A stretch of 64,000 bases of DNA, taken from NCBI GenBank assembly GCA_951406725.2, contig OX597833.1, positions 53,754,001 to 53,818,000 of the forward strand, read 5' to 3'. The notes below the pieces were generated by a model. That model was not told the DNA's origin, did no database searches, and saw only the letters and a list, made by a program, of their open reading frames with translations. This DNA comes from Octopus vulgaris. Taxonomy: Eukaryota. Both the position numbers and the translations under genes were made by a program. Positions within the stretch are counted from its first letter, which is position 1. The number at the start of each line of letters is the position of its first letter. Shown here piece after piece: positions 53,177 to 64,000 of the stretch.

Positions 53177-54744
53177 TTAATTCCTTACATAGATTCAAGG
53201 CCAATTTTTGTTAGGGTAGGGGTTGAATTCAACTCCTATATATATCACTGGTACTTCATTTTTATCGATTCCAAAGGAATAGGGGAAGGGGGGGGGGGCA
53301 AAACAAAAACAAAACAGTATTTGGCTTTTGTTTTGAACACAAAGATAGGAAAACTAAATAAATATTGTAAATGAATTTAGTCTGGTGTGCTCAATGCTTT
53401 TGCCAACTGACTGCTCTTATCGAAGCCAATTATATAACAAGATTTTAATTCCTAACATTTGCTACGAAGCTTCTATCAGAAAAGTCAAACACACATACAC
53501 AGACACACACACAGACACGCACACAGATATAAATGAAATTCATTACTAGTTATAACAGGAAAAAAAAAAAAAAAAAAAAAGATTGTGATATTAAAAGTCC
53601 AAATTTTTAGCTGAAAAAAAAAATATATAAAATAGAATTAATAAATAAGTAAGTAAATAACGTTCTAAACTCAGAACATCAATTTTGCAAAATTTATTAT
53701 CATTGTTGTTTAGTTGTCGGTAGAATTATTTTTGTTATTTTTGTTGATGACAGATTTCAGTTTATCTTACACACAAAAAAACAAAAACAAAGTGAAAATC
53801 AATAAAATTTAAAATTTGTGTATATGTATATGTATATGTGTGTGTGTGTGTGTGTGTTAATGCACAAACAGACTTATAATGTGTGTTCATCATATAAATA
53901 TACACACTTGATTTATATATTTTATATATATTTTTTCTTATCTCCTTCTCAGTGGAAGTATATCTATTTGGAAAGAAATGTTCTGTGCTCGCTTTGTAAC
54001 ACAGCTTGTCAGAAAGTGAAGTGTGCTAAGTTAATTTTTAGCTAGAAGCAAACCAACGTAAATGCAAGATACCCATGTGATATCCATAACCAGGTTTATC
54101 GATGCGGTATCAACTGTACGCAAATAATTGCTTCACTGCTTTACCTACAAGACATTTAGTTTTATACTTATATATATACAAAAATACAAAATGGGACAAG
54201 AACGCAAAACATTCAAATAGACGATACAAAAAACACAGACGGGTCATTCGAAGCCTCTAATCTTCAGTCAAGAACTGGATCATCCTTGCAATTTCAGCCG
54301 CCACTCCCCCACCCTAGTTTTCAGACTGGGGAGAAACAAGAGGCTGAAACATTCCCAAGAGTATCAGAGATAAAAACCCAAATGAAATCAAGTGGTTTGA
54401 ACCTAAATCTCTATAAAAAAAAACCAAAAAAAAAAAAAAAACCCCTAAAATGGAAAATAAAAGTGACAGGTTTCCATTTTAACCCTTTTTTTTTCTGAGT
54501 GAAAATCACATGTATCCCCTCAAAATTTCATTACCCTTAACTGTGGAAAGCAGCTTTGTTATACCAGTCTATCTTCTGCTGAGGAATGTCATGTCTGAAA
54601 CTATTTTCTGCTGAGATATGTCAGGTTTATTGAGGCAACGTGACTTGCAGAAAATACAAATTCTATTTTTTTTGGTCAGATGTTTAACATCCATTACTGG
54701 AACAAACATGAAATTTAATTTCACGGCTAAAGGGTTAAGATATT

Positions 54745-55134
54745 TACTCTTTACTCTTTTACTTGTTTCAGTCATGCGACTGTGGCCATGCTGGAGCACT
54801 GCCTTTAGTCGAGGAAATCGACCCCAGGACTTATTCTTTGTAAGCCTAGTACTTATTCTATCGGTCTGTTTTGCCGAACCGCTAAGTTACAGGGACGTAA
54901 ACACACCAGCATCGGTTGTCAAGCGATGTTGGGGGGACAAACACAGACACACAAACATATACACACACATACATATATACGACGGGCTTCTTTCAGTTTC
55001 CGTCTACGAAATCCACTCACAATGCTTTGGTCGGCCCGAGGCTATAGTAGAAGACACTTGCCCAAGGTGCCACGCAGTGGGACTGAACCCGGAACCATGT
55101 GGTTGGTAAGCAAGCTATTTACCACACACAGCCA
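54745..55134 (-). mobile_element. Family S SINE, near full length
   Basis: Near-consensus copy. Confidence 0.92.
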
Positions 55135-55684
55135 TTTCACTGTGACCATGCTGGAGTACTGCCTTAATTTTCAGCCAAATGACCCCCCACCACCACCACC
55201 ACCTCCAGCAGGACTCACAGAAGACTGGTTACTTGGTTTCCATTGCATATAAGTGACCAAGACAACAACATTCACAACATTCCCCTGAACAGAATGCCCT
55301 TCGGTCAGTTGTAGGGTTAAAGGCCTGCAATTTTTGAGGGGAGGGGACAAGTGCACTACATTGTCATAGTACTTGATAGGATGGATGGTCAAGTTGACCT
55401 CAGTGTGATTTGAACTCAGAACGTAAAGAACCAGAAATAATGCCACCAAGCAATTTGTCCAAAGTGCTAACAATTCTACAAGATCACCGCCTTATTCTGA
55501 CTTAATAAAAATTGCTAATTTTGACAAGAGACCCCATATTTGTACAAAAGTGAGGGATGGGTTGGTACAGAGTCAATCTACTACTGGTGCTTATTTTGTT
55601 GATGCCCTCCCTTTCCGATGAATAGAAGGGCAACGCTGACCCAGGAAGAATTTGAATTCACCATTTTGAAGAAAGCAGGGTTAA

Positions 55685-55875
55685 CCCTTTAGCAGCCAAA
55701 CCAGCCCAAATATTCTACCTGTCCTATGTTCAAACGAGCCAGATTTGGCCTCTCACACCTAGCTTGCAATGTCACTCTAAAACTAAAGAATTATGCCATC
55801 GGAATCCCAAAGCTATGAAATGATGCAGGATTAATTCATATGCATTGTATTTAGCAGAATCTGAACGCTAAAGGG
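55685..55875 (+). mobile_element. piggyBac-like MITE family A
   Basis: TTAA|CCCTTTAGC...GCTAAAGGG|TTAA. Confidence 0.8.
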
Positions 55876-56176
55876 TTAAAAACACAACAGGGTATTTAGA
55901 CCCGAAATACCATTCCACCACCCTTATTATTTATGCTACATGCTATTAAGACACAAATGAATGCGATACACTTTCTAGAAAAGCCCATCACATCATGCAC
56001 ATAATAAAGGGGGGTTTATTTGTTTAGTCATTCATTAAGTAGGTAATAAGGTTTCTGGTGGGTAAACAATTAGACATATAAAGAGGAAACATCAGCAGAG
56101 ATATATGATAGCAGTAAAAGATAAGAAGTGATTTATAAAAGCTAAACAAAAGGTTTGAAGCAGCAGCAGTAGTAGT

Positions 56177-56228
<52 letters not shown>

Positions 56229-57015
56229 ATGGTGGTGGTGGTGGTGATATTGGTAGTAGTAGTAGGTCTCCTTGTTCTCACAAAATTCTTTCTCCTTGAA
56301 GTTGTAACAAACACCAAATGGGAGAAAAAGGAGGAGGTTGGAATTTGACTTTTATTTACTTGCCAATAAAACCATTTTTTTCTGGCTTTTTTTCTTTGCT
56401 TTTTTTGCTTTTGTTTTTTTCATCAAAGCCATTTATTTTCAAATTTACCACTGACATGTGAAACAAATTTGAGATTAAAAGAAAAGTGTAAGTCATATCC
56501 CTAATCTAGTGCTAAATCTTGGTAAAGACATTTTTTTTTCTTTTTCCTATATAATTCTATCAACTTAGGGCAAATGATGGAACCCCTATTAGGTAACTCG
56601 ACATGCTTGAAACAGCAACCAAACCTTCTTCAGGCATCAACAAAATAAGTACAACACAATAGTTACAGGTTAATGCAATTAATTTTTTCTCTCCAGAAAA
56701 TGTATAGCTTTCTACCCACATCAAACTTATTAGGCTTTCTTAAATTCTAAATTTGCTGAATAAACATTTGGGTTTGTTTTTGCCTTTCAGCTTTTGTAGT
56801 CAATGAATACCATCAGTGATATACTGGTACTTATTGGTCAACAGGTCACAGCACTCTTGTACGTATTCTTCATCTTATGTCAAAATGCCAATGTGATTAT
56901 TCAATCCTTTCTTAATTAGACGCAAAGCCCATGTATATAAAAATGTGAAGACAAACAGCATAATATAGTAATAAATTTTCTTTCATTGAAGACACGAGTA
57001 ACATAAATATAATAT

Positions 57016-57206
57016 GGGGAGAGTTTACGAAAAAAAAAACAAAAGACGAAGACAGGTGGTGTATAAAACAAACAGATGTATTAGTATAACGCTCAGGAAT
57101 AGAAAAAATCCTTTACATTTCGAGCCTACGCTCTTCTTCGGAAAGGGACACAGAAAAAACAAGGAGAGAAAAAAAATGTGTGTAGTGGCTAACGATCTAT
57201 CATGGC
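57016..57206 (-). mobile_element. Hammerhead-like element family H1, copy 3
   Basis: Minus strand CTTT CCGAAGA A GAGC GTAG GCTC GAAA TGTA AAGG at about 57110-57145; same two ends as copies 1 and 2. Confidence 0.7.
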
Positions 57207-57651
57207 TGTTTAATAGCAGAGTGGATGTAGATTACCAGAAATAAAACTATGAAATAGGTGTTAAGGGGATGGGCAGCTAAGGGATGTGGTGGGGGTGAGG
57301 GGGGGATTGGCAAGAACTACGAACTCTGTCTAGTAAAAATTGCAGAAACAGTTTTAAGTTAAGTCAAAACAAATATTCATATGTGTAGAATATAACTGTC
57401 TAAATATAATGTCAGATGATCAATAACATCGGTGAAGAGAGATCTGAGGAAAATAGGTACATGTGGTGGAGGTGGCAATGGTGGTGGAGGTGGTGACGGT
57501 GGCAGTAGAATCTAGATCACTGTCCTTATCTGGCAAAAACAAAATCTATATGGTTTAATTTTTTTTCACTTTTAACCAATATATCGTATTTTATCAACAC
57601 AACCAAAAGAAGTCTTAATTCAAATTATTATATATATATATATATATATAT

Positions 57652-57852
57652 CTAATGTAGGATAAAATTTTTTTCAAAAAAAATATTTTTCGAAAAAATT
57701 TTATCAATGGCCAGCATATTAAAAAATACCTTTAACGACCTTTTTTCTGAGTAGCGTGCATATTGTGAAAAAATTATATGGTTAATGGACAATATGTCCA
57801 ATTTTTCGGCATATTTGGCATTAGAAATTTTTTCCTTTGCCCTCATTTATGA

Positions 57853-57858
<6 letters not shown>
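57652..57858 (+). mobile_element. Family H2 3'-end fragment (no hammerhead) inside (TA)n
   Basis: CGGCATATTTGGCATTAGAAATTTTTTC.TTTGCCCT is shared with 8537-8865; (TA)n on both sides. Confidence 0.65.
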
Positions 57859-57905
<47 letters not shown>

Positions 57906-58493
57906 TAGAATGGTAACGCCATGCACTTGCAAATTAACAACAAGTGGCAAAAAGATGGCATTGGTAGAGCTGCTGAAATATGCATTGTTTACATTTATTT
58001 GCTATTTCCTGAAAATGAAAGAATTTTCACAGCTAAAGTAAGTCTTTCTTGTGCAGATGTAGGTCAGCTCTACTCAAGTTGACCTATATACCATCATCAT
58101 TATCATTTCACTATCAGCAATTAATGTCTCTTTTCCTTGCTATTTCAACAGAAGCTGGTGAGCTAGAGGACTGCATGACATTTCAATGTCTGGGTGTTGT
58201 TTATGTGGCACCAGCACTAGTGAGGTCACCAAATGACATGCAAGACAATATCCCTTAACCGAGTGAAGTGTAGTATCAACGGAGGTGGCTTTATGCCAGG
58301 TGATAAGCAGTAAAAGTGCAATAGAGATAGAGGAACAAGTGTCTATCATTTTGTGTGTTAGGGCTGATTGTATCCAACATCTGTCGGTGTTTCTGGTAAC
58401 AAAAACAACAGTGGAATCGCTTAAGTGCCACTTATAGTTTATTTCTTTGAAGACAGGTTTCTAAATGATTGATGAACAGCTGGAGTGGTTGTG

Positions 58494-58849
58494 TGGGGGA
58501 AGCACTCCGTCAGTTACGACGACGAGGGTTCCGTGAAATTAACGTGTAAGTGGCTGAGCACTCCACAGACACGTGCACCCTTAACGTAGTTCTCGGGGAT
58601 ATTCAGTATGACACAGAGAGTGACAAGGCCGGCCCTTTGAAATACAGGTACAACAGAAACAGGAAGTAAGAGTGAGAGAAAGTTGTGGTGAAAGAGTACA
58701 GCAGGGTTCACCACTATCCCTGCCGGAACCTCGTGGAGCTTTAGGTGTTTTCGCTCAATAAACACTCACAACGCCCGGTCTGGGAATCGAAACCGCGATC
58801 CTATGACCGTGAGTCCGCTGCCCTAACCACTGCGCCATTGCGCCTCCAC
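58494..58849 (-). mobile_element. Family A SINE head joined to family C tail variant x
   Basis: 10-bp TSD AGTGGTTGTG (58484-58493, 58850-58859); tail matches about 9480-9655. Confidence 0.85.
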
Positions 58850-59266
58850 AGTGGTTGTGCAGGCTTTGTGGAGTGAAGAAGTATGTCACATCCTTTTGGT
58901 ACACCATTTGGGAAATTACAAAATGTAGGAATAATCAGAACACTGCACTACAAAGACTGGATCTTTTCGGTTTGAATGGGTTGATGTAATTGAATAGCCC
59001 CTCCCCACAAATTCCAGGCCTTGTCTCTGTAGTAAAGAGGGTTATTTCTAACAAAAATTTGTTTATTCTTCAATTTTATTTTAGGTGGTTGGGCGTGATT
59101 ATGATTTTGCCATTCTTCCAATTCTTTAACAACAGATCAATGAAGTTAATGTGACGTTTATGAACATTTATCTGAGTAAGAGGTAGACAAGTCCAACAGA
59201 AACAGATTAATAAAATTGTGTGTGTTTGTGTGTGTAAATGCATGTCTACTAAGTAATTTCCTTTAA

Positions 59267-59487
59267 CCCTTTAGTGTTCAGATTACTCTGTTAAATGTAA
59301 TACTTTTTCATTCAAATTGTTTTGAATTAATCCTGGATCATCTTACAGCTTTGAGGTTTCAATGATGTGATTACTTATTTTTAGAATGGCATTGTAGGTT
59401 AGGTGTGAGAGGCTAGACATCGCCAGTTTGAATATAAAACATGTAGAATATATTGGGTCGGATTTGGCCAGTTTAAACGGTAAAAAG
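59267..59487 (-). mobile_element. piggyBac-like MITE family A
   Basis: Reverse complement of the uninterrupted form of 636-1154. Confidence 0.8.
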
Positions 59488-59547
59488 TTAGCACATTCAG
59501 GATTATTAAAGTTGAGGGAGGTTATGTATGTGTGTGTGTGTGTATGA

Positions 59548-59609
<62 letters not shown>

Positions 59610-60457
59610 GCATTTGGGTGTGTATGAGAACTAGTGTTGGTGTTGTTTTACTGTGTTTTGTTTGACTGAAGCGAAAGAAAACGAACATTAAAAAAAGAAA
59701 AGAAACATTTAAAAAAGGAAAGTAAGAATTCAAAAGAAAATCAAAAGAAGAAAAAGAAAAAAAACCAGAAAGACAGAAAGAAAAGGAAAGGAAAGAGGGG
59801 GAATTTTTAAAGAGTCCATGATCCTATTGCTGCAACACAGTCTGGAGTACAATGAGCCGTGGAAATCTCACTCCATACCTTCTTGTCAACCTGTTATCAG
59901 AACTATAACCACCACCACCCCACCACCACCACCAACAACGACAACAACACTACTGCCACCACTGCTGCTGCTGTTAGAGAAAGACCAACACCTAGCAGGT
60001 GTACTTGAGCTGACACTTGACCTGCCCTGCTGTAGTCATCATCAGTAGGTTAATTCAAATCAGCTACCAGAAAACAGGTTGCCAACAAAATATATGCTAA
60101 AATACAGGTACGCAAGGACATGGAAAGGTATGTTTGCTAGCTGATAGAGAGATACATAGACTTACACAGGCAGGCAGGTAGGCGAAAGCAACACCCATCA
60201 GCTGTTTACTTGCTCATAGCTCTCTCTCTCTGATTTAGCAATGTCAAGGTCTCTAAGCCATCACATACACACGCAGCCTTAATCACACAATGAGCATAGC
60301 ATTTGCGATACAGTAGAAACAACACACAAACTTTACCATGTACTAAAGCACACATCAGCTGTGTCTTCTTATCTGCCAAAGTATATCGATGTTGCTATCT
60401 GCACAGTTCAATATTTGATCAATGCCTATGGAGCTTCTCACTTCACTGGCTTCTGTT

Positions 60458-60655
60458 AGCTGGCAGAAACGTTAGCACGCCGGGCGAAATGCTTAGCAGT
60501 ATTTCGTCTGCCGTTACGTTCTGAGTTCAAATCACGCCGAGGTCGACTTTGCCTTTCATCCTTTCGGGGGTCGATAAATTAAGTACCAGTTACGCACTGG
60601 GGTCGATGTAATCGACTTAATCCATTTGTCTGCCCTTGTTTGTCCCCTCTATGTT
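60458..60655 (+). mobile_element. Family M SINE monomer
   Basis: Consensus head and body. Confidence 0.88.
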
Positions 60656-60955
60656 ATTCTATTAATAATTGGATTACGGGCTATCTATTTCACCCCATGC
60701 TTCTCGTGACACAATATAGACTTACAAGCTGTCAGGTTGCATAGCTAAAGTGTCAACTTGCCAGCTGAAGACTAGATAGTTTCAACACTTATGCTGACAT
60801 TGCACTTACTGTGTACCAGGCAGAGACACTTAGCTCCCGGAGACCCACCAAGACCACCCTAGTTATAAATAGGCATAATTGGAAAGACGGGTTTATTACT
60901 GTAAGCAGAGTGTGATCACCTAAACAGTTGACAAGAGTTCTGATATCTTCCTGAA

Positions 60956-61361
60956 GGCGGCGAGCTGGCAGAAATGTCAGCACACCGGGCGAAATGCGTA
61001 GCCGTATTTCGTCTGCTGTTACGTTCTGAGTTCAAATTCCGCTGAGGTTGACTTTGCCTTTCATCCTTTTGGGGTCGATTAAATAAGTACCAGCTACGCA
61101 CTAGGGTCGATGTAATCGACTTAATCCATTTGTCTGTCCTCTCTGTGTTTAGCCCCTTGTGGGTAGTAAAGAAATAGGTATTTCATCTGACGCTATGTTC
61201 TGAGTTCAAATTCCGCCGAGGTCGACTTTGTCTTTCATCCTTTCGGGGGTCGATAAATTAAGTACCAGTTACGCACTGGGGTCGATGTAATCGATTTAAT
61301 TCGTTTATCTGTCCTTGTTTGTCCCCTCTGTGTTTAGACCCTTGTGGGTAGTAAAGAAATA
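60956..61361 (+). mobile_element. Family M dimer
   Basis: 15-bp TSD T(G/A)ATATCTTCCTGAA at 60941-60955 and 61362-61376. Confidence 0.9.
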
Positions 61362-61432
61362 TAATATCTTCCTGAAAATGAAATATTTTAGCAATGCCAC
61401 TAAACCCCAAAGACTAATGGCAAATATATATG

Positions 61433-61463
<31 letters not shown>

Positions 61464-61570
61464 CAAGGGAGAGACAGTTGATGAAAGAGATAGGTAGGTA
61501 TACATATCTGTTTGTAAATGAAAGAGGAAGGTATTGTTCAATACATAGTGTACAGTTTGTTGATAGTTAA

Positions 61571-62180
61571 CCCATTAGCCTTTAAACCAGCCACATCCGA
61601 CCAGTTTTATGTTCAAACTGGCTAAATCTGGCCTCTCACATCTACCCTACAATATCATCATCATCATCATCATCATCGTTTAACATCCGTTTTCTGTGCT
61701 AGCATGGGTTGGACGGTTCGACTGGGGTCTGCGAAGCCAGGAGGCTGCACCAGGCTCCAGTCTGATCTGGCAGTGTTTCTACAGCTGGATGCCCTTCCTA
61801 ACGCCAACCACTCCGTGAGCGTAGTGGGTGCTTTTTACGTGCCACCGGCACAGGTGCCAGGGGAGGCTGGCAGCGGCCACGATTGGTTGGTGCTTTTTAC
61901 ATGCCACCGGCACAGAAGCCAGTCAAGGTGGCGCTGGCATCGGCCACGTTCGGATGGTGCTTTTTACGTGCCACCGGCACAGGTATCACAACTGCTATTT
62001 CCATTTGATATTCATTTTGATATTGATGCACTTGACTCAATAGGTCTCCACAAGCGCAGCAGGTCATGTGAAGCAACGACATCATCAAAACCTCAAAGCT
62101 ACAAGATGATGCATGGTAAATTTTAAACAACTCGAATAAACAAGCATTACATTTGACAGAATAACCTGAACAATTAAAGG
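61571..62180 (+). mobile_element. MITE family A with a nested family R copy (about 61655-62070, minus strand)
   Basis: TTAA flanks; the insert begins with (CAT)n. Confidence 0.78.
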
Positions 62181-62741
62181 TTAAATGCTTTCACCAAGGA
62201 AGTTCATTAAAACCTGCAAGGTTTTGCCCTTGTTGTACAATACGATTGTTGTACTACAGGGTCAGGTCCCACCTCTGATCAACAGCCAAAGGATGTTACC
62301 ATAGACTGAAATGATGATGAACATCTTTGTACTTTAAATTCCTGAGTCAGAAATGAGGTCTAACTTTTTTCCTGTCATTAATATGCTATTTTGTATTATT
62401 CACATGACGAATATCTTCCCTTTGCCTCTAATGTTTAGCAGAATTAATTTATCATTTTTTTTTTCTGGGATAGAAGTAGTTATTTATTGTTTAATGTAAA
62501 CCATAAAGTGAAAGACGGAATCCAGTTGATGTTTAGTATTTGGCATTGTACTAATAACAAGAATTATGCTATTTTCCTTTCGTTATCATCTGTATTGATC
62601 ATTAACTCTTCAAGTCCTGTACAAACAGTTCAAATACTATTGTCGTCTTTTAAGGCCAGAAAAAAAAAAAGAAAAAGAAAAATAGGAATTAAGCACTATT
62701 CTGTGCAAGATACAAAGTTTAACATTATTTTAGAAAAAACT

Positions 62742-63166
62742 GGATCTTTTTGGTTTGAACGGCAGTTTTTAACATAATTTCTAAGTAACTAAAAAATATT
62801 AAACTTCGTATACTGGTAGAATGCGTTTATAAAACATCTTTTTCTCTTGGATTTATTGAGAAAATTCTATAGCTTGTAAGATATTTGCTGTTTTTTTTCT
62901 TCAATTTCTGCAATTTCAACCAATCGATGACGTCCATTGAGTTAAAAAAAACATTCTGTGCCGTATGAATATGTCCCTCGTTTAAGAAACAGATTGGGTT
63001 TATTTATATTTCTGAAGAAAAAAGGATACCATTCCCCCCAACCCTAACCCTAACCCTAACCCTAAAACAGATTGAAATGCAATAGATCGATTCTAGGGTC
63101 ATAATTATGGGTGACAATTTCATATGACACCGCTAGAAAAAACTGCCGTTCAAACCGAAAAGATCC
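62742..63166. mobile_element. MITE with ~29-bp TIRs and 8-bp TSD (Merlin-like by GG ends), containing (CCCTAA)4
   Basis: GGATCTTTTTGGTTTGAACGGCAGTTTTT ... AAAAACTGCCGTTCAAACCGAAAAGATCC; flanks AAAAAACT and CAAAAACT; superfamily assignment is tentative. Confidence 0.8.
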
Positions 63167-64000
63167 CAAAAACTTTCTGCCCTTCCCTCACAAAAAAAAA
63201 GAGAAAAAAAACCAAAAACAAAACTTGTTTGTACCATGCGTGTTTGCTTATCTTTTATAGAGCAAATTTCTCCAGATTTTTTTTTCCTTCTTTCAATTTT
63301 CAAGTGTAATAGCAGTTTATAATCTCAAGCAGTAAGTTAGGATTCAGTGATATTATTTATTAACGATTTAATAAAAGAGTGTTTGGACTTTGATAAAAAT
63401 AATTAGAATATTTCAGAGCCATCTATAAACACCGACAGGCTAAGTAATGTCAAGATTTTATTGATTCTGAGTAGACACGGAGTCCATCACGTAGTCGATA
63501 TTGCAGCGATGTTTTCATTAATGAATGATAACAATTAAAAAACAAATTTATTTACTGATACGTTTGAAGTGCAGGGTTGCTGCATACGATTATTGTTATA
63601 AGAGTAAGTAAAGACGAGTAAAGGCCGTCGGTCAGAAATATGTTAATATATTTAAATTGAGGATTAGACTTACTATGACACATGTATTTTGCCATGTTTT
63701 ACTATCAGTGAAGTTTCACAGAAGAGATTTTACAAGTGTACTCAAATTGACAACTACATTAAATTACTAGCAATTTATTCATAAGAAAACAACCTCTTAA
63801 AACACATATACACACGCATCAAGATTCTTATTAAACATTAATGAAGTTTTATTTCAAAAAAAAAAAAAAAAAAGAAGGGAAAAAACAAAAACCCACTAGA
63901 TTCAATATCTAAATGTCTGAATCGCTTTGTCGTTAATATGATTACCATTTTCCTGGCTGCAAACCTCATTTTTGATTAAGAACATTATCACTCTTAATTT

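Noticed and set aside
63042-63065. Chromosome end or telomere fusion site
   Set aside because: Only four repeats, located inside a TIR element with ordinary sequence on both sides.

Overview
Repeat-saturated, AT-rich eukaryotic non-coding DNA (large intron or intergenic region). The mix of tRNA-derived SINEs and huge (TA)n/(CA)n/(ATG)n/(CTA)n microsatellites strongly suggests an octopod cephalopod genome; this is an inference from recalled repeat families. No intact protein-coding gene is supported: the ORF track consists almost entirely of microsatellite or SINE read-through. The window holds at least five SINE-like families (my labels S, M, R, C, A), piggyBac-like TTAA MITEs, a non-autonomous Helitron, Tc1/mariner-, hAT- and Merlin-like MITEs, RTE LINE remnants and several tandem duplications. 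Most interesting: (1) two distinct short element families carrying minimal type I hammerhead-ribozyme motifs and ending in (TA)n tracts, resembling Penelope-like pLTRs or retrozymes; (2) a U6 snRNA copy fused to a retroelement 3' hairpin tail, and that tail also occurs on its own; (3) a SINE that inserts as head plus tandem ~180-bp bodies within a single target-site duplication; (4) covarying 3' tail hairpins and head/tail module swapping among SINEs. Coordinates were read by eye and may be off by a few bases.
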